Assembly: GCF_001194135.2 (NCBI RefSeq)
Contig: NC_068993.1
Location: forward strand, 10,425,005 to 10,489,004
Source: Octopus bimaculoides
Lineage: Eukaryota
DNA length: 64,000 nt
Direction: 5' to 3'
The notes beneath the pieces are model-generated. The model ran no database searches and was not told the DNA's origin. It saw nothing but the letters and a program-made list of their open reading frames with translations. A program made the translations under genes and the position numbers. Of the stretch, positions 40,070-53,100 are shown piece by piece; the first letter of the stretch is position 1; each line of letters opens with the position of its first letter.

Positions 40070-40450
40070 AGGCACAGGAGTGGCTGTGTCATAAATAGCT
40101 TGCTTACCAACCACATGGATCTGAGTTCAGTCCCACTGTGTGGCACCTTGAGTAAGTGTCTTCTACTATAGCCTTGGACTGACCAAAGCCTTGTGAGTGG
40201 ATTTGGTAGACGGAAACTGAAAGAAGCCCATCGTATATGTATGTGTGTGTGTGTGTGTAAGTTTGTCCCCGAACATCACTTAACAACTGATGTTGGTGTG
40301 TTTATGTCCCTGCAACTTAGCAGCTCGACAAAAGAGACTGATAAAATAAATATTAGGCTTGCAAAGAATAAGTCCTGGGGCTGATTTTGCTCAACTAAAG
40401 GCGGTGCTCCAGCATGGCTGCAGTCAATTGACTGAAACAAGTACAAGAAT
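40070..40450 (+). mobile_element. Family A SINE, full length
   Basis: AGGCACAGGAGTGGCTGTG head through the gactgaaacaagtacaagaata tail. Confidence 0.85.
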
Positions 40451-42496
40451 AAACGAATAGCTGTGTATGTGTGTGTGTGTGTGTATTGTGTATGAATTTG
40501 ATTTTTGTTTCTATTGCATCTATTTTTTGCTTCATGTTTATGATTTTATTTCTGTTTTATGTATCAGTTACCATTTTGAGTTGTTATTTTTTAGCCCCAA
40601 GTCAAGCTAAAGACAGCAGACAAATGAAATAACGAAGAGAAAAAAAAAAAAAAAAACTAAAATAATAAAGATCCCTGCAGAAAATTCAAATAAGGAAGTG
40701 GAACCAAATGCTTATTAATATATTTTCTGAAAAATGGCACATGATGCCAGTCAGTGCTTTAGGATTTAGTTTAGAAGTGGATGAGTGCGGGAAGATATGC
40801 AACAAATTTTACTTTATAAGGATATAAAGCCTTCACCTTAAGTGTCTCTCGGAAACAAATATTCACTTTCTACTGATAAGAAAAGAAATATGTCACAACA
40901 ATGTTACAAAGGATCTTTTATGTTGCAGTCACCGAGTTTTACTTCACCATGTACCTACAATTCTGTTCTTCCTCCTCAATAGGTCAAAATGATAAGTTAA
41001 TTATAGAATGATATTGAGTTTCTGGTGTGGGGTATGATAACGGCTACGTGGATAAGAAGAAACTGGTTTGACCAGCTCATGGGGTTTCAGTTCATGCTGT
41101 TTAGCCCTGATCAAGCAGGACTATGATCAAAGTATTTTGAGCTGTTGACAAACCTGTTGTTATCCCACCCCACTTTTTATCCAGAAGTACGAAGACTTAC
41201 ATCTTGCCTAAGATGGTAGAGTGTGATTTGAGGGAGTTACAACTGCTATTTCTAGCAGGCTCAGTAACCACATGGTTTCCTTTGTTAGCTCATTTGAGTA
41301 TATATTTGCTACAAGTTATCTCCATTTGTCTCAGAACTGGACATATTATTCTAGTAGTATTAGTTCCATTGTGTTTGTTGTAAAGGCACTTTATTCCATA
41401 TTGCCAATGATTAGACAAGGGGTTGAATTACAGACTCATTTCCCATACAAAACATTTTCTTCTACATTGTCTTAGTTCTTCTTAGTGGCGAAGAATAGGT
41501 CTAAGATCCATTGAAAATGTTATCCAAGAAAGACACACATTCTTCTCAAAACTTCTCAAACTGAATATAAACTAAGGACCTCGATTGGCACAGGAGGCTT
41601 GCTTTGTTCCAGTTTTACTAGCTACTGAGAAACATATAAACCTACATTAGAAAGCAGTATGTGAAAGATTAGCATCTTATTCAAAAGGAAATATGTATTT
41701 TATTTGCTTAACACCAAGCTATACAATAGGTAAGCACTGGCTGTATTTATCAGGTATTGATTATCCATTGTCATTTATGGAATCTGCTAAAACTTTAAGC
41801 TATCATGGAGAAACTGGATGCTAAATAAGCGGACAAGTAAGACTCTGCATGGGTGCCAGACCTCTATTTTCTGGCAACTGTGCAGAGTCTTAACAGACAA
41901 ACCTCCCTAAGACTTCCTTGTCTTAAGACAAAAAAAGAATAAAAAAAAAAAAGATACACTGGCTAATGTAGTTAAGTATGCATTATGATGAATTAGGGGC
42001 TGATCTGGAAGGAGGGAGTAAAAAAAAAAATGGATGCTAAAAAACAACAATGATGCTATTTGATACAAAAGCTGATTTACAAGTCGAGCTAATGTTACTC
42101 TTGGTATATAGTTTAGATAGCAGGCCACAGAACTACACTTTTAGTAATATTTTCTGCTTAAATACCATATTAAATTATTGTCATTTAAGTACTTTTATTA
42201 ACACTGTAAGGTTTCACCTTATAATCATAAACAGTTATATATTATTCCTTTATTTTTCTTTCTTTTTATGGTATTTAGTGTGGTATCAAGTAGCACTGTT
42301 TTGCATTTTTTTTTTGTGTTATAGCCCTATCTATCATAAATGTCATGGCCCATTTATTATTTAGTGTGTAGTCTACCTGGCCGTTTACCCTTTAGTATGC
42401 AGTCAAACCCTAATCCTAAACACAAACCCTATTGCTAACCCAGATCAGGTCATTTCACAATATAGACCATGGATACTGTGGTAAACCACATCCTAA

Positions 42497-42933
42497 TACA
42501 GGCCTTACAACCTATTCAACTTATGACAAATCGACTTGAGGACGATTGTTGCTCCAGCTCCTGGCAGCAATAATATATAGTCCAGTTGAAATCTTATGGG
42601 TTTAATTTCTTAGAAATTAACCTATCTACAAATGACGCCAGCTAACAAATGCTTACCCCAGGTTTGGTTTTGATCGCCACTAGTTATCCCAAGTGCTGGA
42701 TGAATATCCTGTCACAGAGACATCAAGGCAAACTTGTTTTGTTTATTCGATGACTGCTTGAAGTCCGAACAAATAACACTGTTGTAGTATAATACAGAAT
42801 GCTGTGTGTGACTTTTACCTGAGAATGTACCTTAATAACGTAAAAATATAAAACAAAGCTATGTAGGCCTATAGGTCGACTTATGACCAGTCAGTTGGAA
42901 CCAATTGTGGTCGTAAGTCGACAACGACCTGTT
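42497..42933. mobile_element. Putative pogo/Tigger-like non-autonomous DNA transposon
   Basis: The right-end reverse complement ACAGGTCGTTGTCGACTTACGACCACAATTGG resembles Tigger-type termini (CAGGTAGTCCTCGACTTACGAC). The left end TACAGG...caacttatgac..tcgactt is a degenerate match. Confidence 0.45.
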
Positions 42934-43345
42934 TAGCACTGGTAATATCTGTAATAACTATGTTATGAACGTCTCTAGGTATTTATACTTGGAAAATTTC
43001 TGAGGTATGCAGTGAATTAGTGTGTAAATAGTTGAGTATTCCACATGCAAGCATACCAGCAACATAATCTGCAACCACACTCGGTGTGACCCATTGTGCG
43101 ACACAGCTTAACCTTTGGATTATAAGGTAAAACCCACCTACTGGGCGGCTGTACAGTTTTGTCTACCCAATTTCAATCACAAGGATGAAGTTGAATGAAG
43201 GCTACGGTAAAAGACTCTTATCTAAAATACCACACAGTGAGATTGAACCTGGAACCTCAAAACTTAAGTGAACTTCTTAAATATTACACTATACTGTGGT
43301 ACATGTGTGTAGCAGTATATTTATGCTTCATTATTTTACATTGTT

Positions 43346-43545
43346 TAAGGCAGTGAGTGGGCAGAATTGTTAACATGTCAGATAAAATGCTTGGCACCAT
43401 TTTGCCTGTCTTAATGTTCTGAGTTCAAATTCCACCAAAGTCGACTTTGCCTTTCATTCTTTCAGGGTCAATGAAATAAGTACCAGTTGCGCACTGGGGT
43501 CGATGTAATTGACTTGCCCCTCACTCAAAAATTTCAGGCCTTGTG
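43346..43545 (+). mobile_element. Family B SINE
   Basis: ggcagtgagtgggcagaattgttaac...gagttcaaattcc...gtcgactttgcctttcattctttcagggtcaatgaaataagtaccag...ggccttgtgcctataatagaaagg. Confidence 0.8.
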
Positions 43546-44250
43546 CCTATAATAGAAAGGATTATTTTACATTGAACATTGCTTGCCATGCTTACACATG
43601 ACTCTTCAACGATACATCATGTCATCACTTGTGGTCCTTTGTCATCTACTTAGTGAAATCTCATGAGAAAAGCCTTCACCACTTTTTCCCATATTTTCCG
43701 TTGTTGCAGTTTTTATCTCCCACCTAGACTATGTGGCACTTCTTTCTACTCAATAGTCCTCCTCCATACATATAACATATCTATCTCAACCACGCCACCC
43801 TGCAAGCGTTTATACATCCTCTGTAGTTAACATGCATGTTTTACAACTATGCAACATTACACTTTATACTCAAGCATCATACAATCTGCTCTTCAGAGAA
43901 AGAATCCCTTTGTTGCCAATGGAGATAATAGCTGCTGGAACTTTTCCCACCCTGTTCTTTTTTTGGCTACAATGTTTTTGGAATACCCACCTCCACCAAT
44001 AATTAGGTCTCTTAGATAATAACAAAAGCTATCGACTACTTTTACGTAGCCTCCCAAGCATTTGAAAGAATTAAATTCTCGAGTGAACTTACTACTAACT
44101 ACTTCTGTGCATCACTACATACAAAGTTTTTTTCTTCTGTTAGCCTGCTTGGGATTACACTGCAACTCTCATGCACTAATCGTTAACACTGGATACACTG
44201 CACGAAATTCCAGCATATTCCTTTCCTATATATATATATATATATATATA

Positions 44251-44654
44251 TATTCTTTTACTCTTTTACTTGTTTCAGTCATTTGACTGCGGCCATGCTG
44301 CAGCACCGCCTTTAGTCGAGCAAATCGACCCCAGGACTTATTCTTTGGAAGCCTAGTACTTATTCTATCGGTCTCTTTTGCCGAACCGCTAAGTTACGGG
44401 GACGTAAACACACCACCATCAGTTGTCAAGCGATGTTGGGGGACAAACACAGACACAAACATACACACACACACACGCATATATATATATATGACGGGCT
44501 TCTTTCAGTTTCCGTCTACCAAATCCACTCACAAGGCTTTGGTTGATCCGAGGCTATAGTAGAAGACACATGCCCAAGGTGCCACGCAGTGGGACTGAAC
44601 CTGGAACCATGTGGTTGGTAAACAAGCTACTTACCACACAGCCACTCCTGCGCC

Positions 44655-44655
<1 letters not shown>
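44251..44655 (-). mobile_element. Family A SINE, most intact copy, inserted in a (TA)n tract
   Basis: CpGs are largely retained and both flanks are (TA)n. Confidence 0.9.
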
Positions 44656-44688
<33 letters not shown>

Positions 44689-47186
44689 TGAACAGCATGG
44701 CCACTCTTAAGATAACAACATAGTCCAGTCTTAATCTTCTTACTTGCTAAATAAATCTTTTAGCTTTGCTAGGGTTACTCTGAAGCCTTTCAATTCTAGG
44801 TTTTCCTTCAACAATTCAGAATTTCTTCTCAAATCTTCAACGGATTCAGCTTCAGTAACTAGGCCATTGTCTTACAGTAGTTCCCAAGACAACCAGTCTT
44901 AAAACTCATCTGCTAGGACACCTACCTACACATGAAATTCCTCACTGAACTCATAGCTTACCGTTCACAGCTTGCACATATTTCGTAAGTAATTTATCTT
45001 ACACAGTTAGCTGAGCAACTACCAGACTACAGAGAGTGGTGCTATCAAACTAATCTATGTAGTTAGTTATATATATTCATATATATATTTATGTTTTCAT
45101 ATATCTGCCTGTAATTTTTATATTACACTTTCATATTTATATCTGTATGCTTGTCTATTTGTACAATACTATACTGTAATATTTATGTCAGTGTTGTCCT
45201 TGAGGCAGATAAGTGACCCATTATTGTAGTTGCTATTGCAAAACACATCTAATGGTTTACATAATTTCTATAAAAACCTGAAATACCACCATTTACACGG
45301 CCTAAGAGATCTCATGACTAAATATGATAACTGCCAAATGAATTCTTCACAGGATGGCAGTGAATGGTGAAGGTCTGAGTAAAAAGACTAAATGATAAAG
45401 GGAAATCCAAGTGTGCACACCATGTGCATGCGTGCGCGCGTGTGTGTGTGTATGTATGGTGTAGAATATAAGTTAATTGGAATCACCATATTGGCATTTT
45501 GAACAAACATTTACCACAAAATGCTGCCTTACAACAAACACTATGACAGACAGAATTATAAAACTAACAGCCATGGGTGAATGTTCTCTAAGATGACTAG
45601 AATGGTTATTTATCACTGATTAAAAAAACTATATTTGGTCGGACAGAATAGAAGGGTGGGGTAGTAGTGGTGGTGTGTTGGAGGGAGATAAAAAAACACA
45701 ACAATCCAAAATATATATATATAATAGGTTAAAAGCAAAAAAAAAAAAATTTTGTTCAGATTTACTCACCTAATCTAAAGAATAAATAAATAAATAATTT
45801 CCTTCATTCATTAATCAGTCATCACACACATCATGAAAACTAAAACTATAGAGCCAGCTCGCTTTCAGGGAGAGAGAGAGGGAGAGAGAGAGAGAGAGAG
45901 ACAAGAGCAAAACCAGACAAAAGCGCCTTTTGTGATTATATAAACATAAATGCACACAATCACATGGCCGCATATAGTTAGAGTGTTTGCTATGTTCAAT
46001 ATTAACTTGAGAGCAGGGAGGGGCTCTCCTTCACCTAGCACAGCAGGAGTTTATTTTTTATTTGCTTGTTTCTCTCCCTTTGTTTGCTCTTTTACTGTTT
46101 TCCTTCACAGGCGTTGAATTGGCAGCAATGTAGTGAGCTGACCAAAGTAACATGATACTTTTTTCCAGCCCCTTTCTTTCTGAGTTCAGATCTTACCAAG
46201 CTCAACTTTGCTTTTTATCCTTCTAGGATCAATAAAGTATCAGTCTCGGGCAGTGAACTATAGTAGGACTGCAAGGATCAGACAGAACGCCTTGCAGAAT
46301 TTACCATCATGGTCTACTTGAGTCATAGATCTAATCCTTCGTCTGGTTTAACAGACCCACCTATACCTTACGTGCCTTTATTGAAGTCCCCTCTATTTCA
46401 AGCATTTGGACCAGGTTTCTCGTTTGGGTATACCTTAACCCCTTCTTCTCATCAGTTTTGGGGACCAAGAAGATTCACAGGTACTGCCTTCCTTCTAAAT
46501 AAGCATATGAATCTACAACCATAATGGGGTATTACCAACGAAGGCTTTTAGTCCAGCATATCAACCCCAGTACTTATTTTATTACACTCTAATGAAAAGC
46601 AAAATTACCTTTCAACATAATCTGTAACTTGATGCAGGCTCCTCTAAAGTTTCCGCCTATCAAATTCCATTCAAAAAGCAATTAATCCTTTCTCTTTCCC
46701 TTATAATTATCTAAGTGTAGTGAATTTAAGTAGTCATTGCACGTCTATCTGACTGAGCCAACTGTTATCCATCGGGCAGACTTTATGACCAAGGTAGTCT
46801 CTGGCACACGAATAGTGCAAAACAGTTGTCATAGATCTGAACACTTGTCAATATTAGTTCTTTGCCACTGTTTTTGTAAGTATTGACTTCACAAATGACA
46901 AAATGAATTTTGAAATCTTGTAACTAGCGAAACACAAAAGTATAGATTTAATGAATTCAGCTGACTGTAGAAGGAAGGAATGGTGGGAGGTGTTAGGAAA
47001 ACTTTCAAGTTCTTCATTTCCACACACACACACTCTCTCCCCTCTCACATATTTTCTCTTCCTTTCATTCACATGCTCATTCTCTCATACATGCTATTGC
47101 TCTCACTCTCTCTCTTTCAAGCATATGTTTTCTGTCATGCATATTCTCTTTCTTTCAAACATACATATTCTCTCTCTCTTGTACAT

Positions 47187-47219
<33 letters not shown>

Positions 47220-50200
47220 TACACACACACTAGTGTATATCTGTATTTTGGAGGGTTCATTGCTTTCAGCACCAATCAACGTAAATAACCAGTCAAGTGC
47301 AGTAGAAACTAACTGTTCACTCTTGATATAAATGCTTAGTGGCAAGAAGAAATGATAAAAAGCAATCTATATGAGCTTATGACAGGCTTAAATGAGCTGG
47401 AGTTTAGTGCACTAAATATGACAAGTATTTTACAGACCTTCATCAAGGTTGGTGGTACACACACACACACACAAACACATAGTTTACAGAGAAAGTAAAA
47501 AGTCTGCAAAATGGAATAAATTATTTTGTTGAGAGGAAGAGGATGAGCATAGTGTTTTGAGCAAGGTGCTGCAATACAGAAAAAGAGCACTTGTATTTTG
47601 ATAGAATATATGGGACAAGTAAAGCCTCATGCATGCCGCACACTTGTGAATTCCTTTGCAACCAACTGAATATTAAATTGGACACAGTGACATGTGTAAC
47701 CACCAATACTCAGCTTAAGTATTTATTTAGAGGTGAGAGAGAGAGAAAGAGGCATATTCTACTTCAAAAAATTCTATCATATATTTTGAGGTGGTTGTGT
47801 GATGTATCTGGGCATGATGTGTGTGTGTGTGTGTGTGCGAGAGAGAAAATTCATTATAATTAAGGATGTATAATAAATATTTGAGACACAGACACCCATA
47901 TGGTTATTTTTAGTAATTTGTGTCATGAAATTTAACTTGCCAAACAGTTAAGTCACATAGAAACGTGTGCCTTATCCTTCACAGGAAGCAAGAATTAAAT
48001 AAGTGACTAACTGAAGTCTGTAAACTCCAATTACTGACTAAAACACAGTATAAAAACATCCGTTTATTTTTTGGCTGAAAAATCCTGTGAGAAACTTAAC
48101 TAGACTGATAAACAAAAACAATAAATGGAGCCAATGAAAGTTTTTATTTTTTGTGTCACCTCTCCCTTGGCTATATTTATATAACCATACATATCGGAAA
48201 AGAGGTCTATAACCACTCCAGCTGTCAGTTTTAACTTGCTCATTTTATTGGCCTTAATTTTCTATTTCCATGGCTACAACAGGCATGAATCAAGCATATC
48301 AAACGAGCATGCACATACATGCACTGTTATTACTCTTCACGGACAGAAATATACACGTCAATTATTGATTAGTTTTATCAAATTGACAACAATAAAGGAA
48401 GATAAGAGACTAAAGACAGAAAAAAAAAAATCTATTTTTCAAGCTGAGTCTTAAGCTGTTCTTTATTTTCTTCTTCAGAAAGTTACTTTTTCAGTCTATC
48501 AGGAAATAAGAATGGACTGTGGATTAAATAAACCAGTCTAATTGTATATTTCCATTTTTATAGCGCTTTCATAATTTCTTTCAATAATTAGCCAATATTT
48601 TATTTCAGGTTTCTTTAACTTCTGCGTTCACCACCATTAACAATTACACTTGTCTTGACCGAGTTATGCAACAAAGAATCACAATCCTTTGATGTTCAGT
48701 TTTCCTATGCTTGCAATGGGTGTCAGATGGAAATTTGAGACAGATTTTCTATGGAAAGGGAGTGGGGGGAAGATGCCTTTCCTGTCACCGAACATCTGTT
48801 TCCAAAAGCAAGGTAGTATTTTCACAGAAGACTGGAATCGAACAACACCACTTGTATGACGATGCTCATTTACACCTTCACCATTATGTCTAGGTGAGAG
48901 TACATACAAACATCATCATCCTTTATGGTCAGGTTTTCATGCTGGCATGTGTTGGACCACACAACAGGCTTCTTTCATTTTCTGTTAACTAAATCCACTC
49001 ACAATGCTTTGGCCAGCTTGGAGTTATAGTAAAGAAAATACCTGCGAAAGGTACCATGCAGTGGGACTGAACCCAAGACCATGTGATTAAGATGTTTCTT
49101 AATAGAGAAAAGAATGATGTAATAATTTTAGATGAATACAAGCTTTAATAAACAGACACAAATATTGCATCTTATTTCACTTCAAATAAAGAGCAGAATT
49201 CATATTGTTTCTTTATTGATCTAGTACTGAAATATAATAGGGACCAGCAGAGACAATGGAGGTTGAGAAACTGGTTTGTTGACCATCTAGTCACAAGTTC
49301 AAACTTTAATAAAACTACCTTACGTGAGGAAAAGCATTTCATTTTGTCCAACTTAAAACGGGTAAGTGGCAAGTGATTTGAAATATTAGTCAACAGTACA
49401 AGCAACACATTCCAATATCGCACAATATTATATAATTAATAACCAGAGGAAATGGATGCAGTTACATTGACTAAATATGATTGTAAGAGAGCTATTTGTT
49501 ATTCTGGGAAAGAGATGAAGTAAAGCTAATTTTGTTGCTAGCAAGCTAATGTAACTGCTAATCTGAATACATAGCAACAACTTAGTTCATAGATCAAGAG
49601 AAATTATCAACACCATATATAATTGCCTATTCATTAAAATATCTATTATTGATAAGAAGAAAGAAAGAAATGTAGAACAACCTGAACTAGTTCTTTTTCT
49701 TTTATCCTAAAACCTTCCTCCATTCAAAACAAATTCAAAAGATGACCAATTTGTTGATCATGTTTGGCACTAAGTAAACTCTGATCACACAGGCTTATGA
49801 TGAAAGGTATTCCAACCATGACCATCATCCAAATTCTTTTAGTTGTTTCAGTCATCTGATTGCGGCCATGCTAGAGCACTGCCTTAAAGAGGTTTTTTAG
49901 TCAAAGAAATTGTCCCTGAAGCGAATGGCTTTGTCTGTGATAGAGGCCTTCTGGGATTAGAGGCTGTTTGATGGCAACCCAATCACAGGTTCTTAGATAT
50001 TCTGAGAAAGTTACTAGAAAACAGAAGAGACAAACATTTCGACCAGCAGAAATCTATTTTATCTGCTTATTGCTACAGAAACTGAAGTTAAAAAACCAAT
50101 ACTATGAACTTACATGAATACGTCAAACAGTTTTCCTAAAACATACTATGGCTATGTCTTCAAGAAGATTGTAATAAATGTCCTATGAATTTATAGTAAA

Positions 50201-50252
50201 ATATTTTAACTAACAGATATTAATGAGTTTTGGAAAAGTACAGTAAATAAAT

Positions 50253-50568
50253 GTGGAGGTGCAATGACCCAGTGGTTAGGGCAGTGGACTCGCGGTCGGA
50301 GGATCGCGGTTTCGATTCCCAGATCAGGCGTTGTGTGTGTTTATTGAGCAAAAACACCTAAAGCTCCACGAGGCTCCGGCAGGGTGGTGGTGGCGACCCC
50401 TGTTGTACTCTTTCGCCCCAACTTTCTCTCACTCTTTCTTCCTGTTTCTTGAGTAACACTGCGATGGACTGGCGTCCTGTCCAGCTGGGGGGAACACATA
50501 CGCTATAGAAACCGGGAAACCGGGACCATGAGCCTGACTAGGCTTGAAAAGGGTGCATAAATAAAAAA
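50253..50568 (+). mobile_element. Family C SINE, alternative-tail variant, with a 13-bp TSD
   Basis: ACAGTAAATAAAT at 50240-50252 and 50569-50581. The 5' ~200 bp are homologous to 11233-11434. Confidence 0.85.
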
Positions 50569-51366
50569 ACAGTAAATAAATCACACAACTGAATACATTT
50601 TACCAAAATATATCTTTAAAAAAATTATCAAAGCGTTAACACAAGAAAATATACCAAGTCAAACAGCAACCAACACAAGAACTTATAGGTGAACGTCATG
50701 TCTGCTGTACTGGCCATATTGTCTTAGTTAACTGTAGCTTATCAGAATAAGTACTAAAATGATTTAGATAAAATCCCAAAAGACATGGCCTGTCTTGTCA
50801 CTTTTCAAAAGAGGATCTACAAAACTGAAATGCCATCTGGAAAAAAAAAACCAAAAAAAAAAAACAAACAAACTATTGCTTCAGAGCAAAGAATATGAAT
50901 TGGAGACACCCATTTGCCTAAACAGAATCCCCAAAGACGAACCAAGTCTTTTGGGAGTTTACCTAAAATACTTTTGTTAGGTGGTATTTAATCTAAGCTT
51001 ATACTTGGATAAGCTACATTTAACTAAAAGAATGTGACCAGTAAATCAGAGAGTACATTCATTCAGTTGGAATTGTGAAAACGAACTGATGGCAGAAATC
51101 TCAGGAAGCCCCAGGAGAGAGAGTAGGAATTGCCATTAGAAGAAGATTCTCCAGAAGATAATACTGATTACATAGACCTACTTCATGCTAACATGAAAAA
51201 GTGGATGTTAAAATTAAAAATGACATTGCTGTCAATGATGATGTTGCTAAAGTTTATTAGTTCAAAAATTTTTGCAATTAACTTTCTTTTTATTCAAGAT
51301 TTCCTTGAAGATGTTTGATTTGGGGACATACAACAATAGAAAGTTAATTTAAAAAAAAATACTTAC

Positions 51367-51477
51367 TTTAATATCATTATTTTCCTTATCAATGTAGGTA
51401 AGGCCAAAGTAATCCTTTTCAAGAAGATTCAAATGATCACATACTTTACTAAACAATTCCTGGCCTGAAGCGTTTTT
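51367..51477 (-). CDS. EPB41: Protein 4.1/coracle-family FERM gene, coding exon (F1 lobe), 111 nt, phase 0 to 0: [37 protein letters not shown]
   Basis: Minus strand reads ttttcttcttcag|AAA AAC GCT ... ATT AAA|gtaagt. It is open for 37 codons and contains the band-4.1 signature [22 protein letters not shown]. The ORF track misses it because it is under 60 aa. The symbol is family-level; paralog identity is not resolved. Confidence 0.95.
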
Positions 51478-52769
51478 CTGAAGAAGAAAAAAAAAAACAA
51501 AAAAAAAACAAATAAATTAATAAATTCAAAGCAAAAATATTATTAAAAAGATCTAAACAATATACACAAAAGATTATATTTATAAAAGAATAAGATTTAT
51601 ATTTATAAAGAACTGGTGATGTTGCTATGTAAAACGCATCCAGTACACTCTATAAAGTGGTTGGCATTGGGAAGGGCATCCAGCTGTAGAAATCATACTA
51701 CCTAATGCAGCTCCTGTCAAACTGTCCAACCCATGCCAGCATGGAAAACGGATGTTATACGGTGATGATGAAAGATACCCCAATTGGTGTTAGATGTTCA
51801 CATCAGTCATCACACACAATATCATACTTGCAAAACCAAAGCTGTGGATCCAATGGTAATTTTTAGTAAAAAGATCAAAGACTAGTTTGTTGTCAAAGTC
51901 TCCAAGATCACAGGTAAAATAAAACTGAGCACTGTAAGCAAACATGGCATTTGTGGTGTTCTTGCTTTTCATGCCTCATATATATATCCACTCATTGTAT
52001 CCTATTTACAATGTGTTGGACTGTAACAGTGAGAGTTAAGTGACTTGATTAAGGACGTAGAGCTGTGACAGTGACAAGAAAAGAACCAGTTGCACTTAAG
52101 TTGGCATTCTTGTCACTATTCACTTGCCAGCTGTGTCACTAGAATTCATTGACCTTTTTTTTATTTATATGTATGAGGGGTGGAAAAAAATAAATAAAAG
52201 AAAAAAAAGCCCCAATATGCATAGTCAACTGGACTTAATTGGTGTTTCTCTGTTACTAAAACAGTAGGGGACTGCATTTATGACTAATGTTGAAAACAAT
52301 GTAAGATAGACAAAATAGCATTGAGATTAAGAAAACTATTAGCAGAAACTAGAATAATAGTTATTAAGTCATTAAATTGTTTTGCTGATCTGATTGCACA
52401 GACAAATAATACTTAAGACAGATGAATAACCAGACAGACAGATAACCAGTTCTACTGTACAGAAAGTGGTACCCGAGAAAATTAGAAGTTACAATAAGAG
52501 CGATAAATGAATTTCTCAACATCCAACTCACCAGTGAAAATTTCACTAAACTACAGACATGTAAGTAAAGCATGCAAAGCATGCTACTTTGCATGTCTGA
52601 CTGAATATAAATACTATTTCAATTTTATAGTTGAACAGTTAATAGAAAGCACAATGAATTAGCAAAACTTAAATGGCACCAACAGTTTATGTGGAAATAG
52701 TTAAAATATATGAAAAAGATGCCACTGGGCACCCAGAGAAAGGATTAGAAAAATAAAGTAATTAAATCC

Positions 52770-53100
52770 AAAAGAGACCGATAGAATAAATACTAGGCTT
52801 ACAAAGAATAAGACCTGGGGTCGATTTGCTTGACTAAAAGGTGGTGCTCCAGTGTGGCCGCAGTCAAATGACTAAAAAGGGAAAGAATAGAAAGAATAAG
52901 TCTTTTACTCTTTTACCCGTTTCAGTCGTTTGACTGTGGCTATGCTGGAGCACCACCTTAAGTGGTTTTTTACTCAAGGAAATTGACTTCAGGACTTATT
53001 CTATTGGTCTCTTTTGCTGAACTGCTAAATTACAGGGATGTAAACACACCAACATCAGTTGTCAAGCAACGGTGGGTGGACAAACATAGACACAAAGACA
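52770..53100. mobile_element. Two family A 3' halves, tail to tail in inverted orientation
   Basis: 52770-52873 (+) is complementary to 52924-53015 (-). Confidence 0.8.

Noticed and set aside
46111-46146. Plus-strand 36-nt exon-like segment ALNWQQCSELTK
   Set aside because: It is the decayed head of a family B SINE, on the wrong strand for the host gene.
51090-51320. Acidic plus-strand ORF remnant (LPLEEDSPEDNTDYIDL), possible decayed transposase N-terminus
   Set aside because: Too short and frameshifted, with no diagnostic motif or termini.
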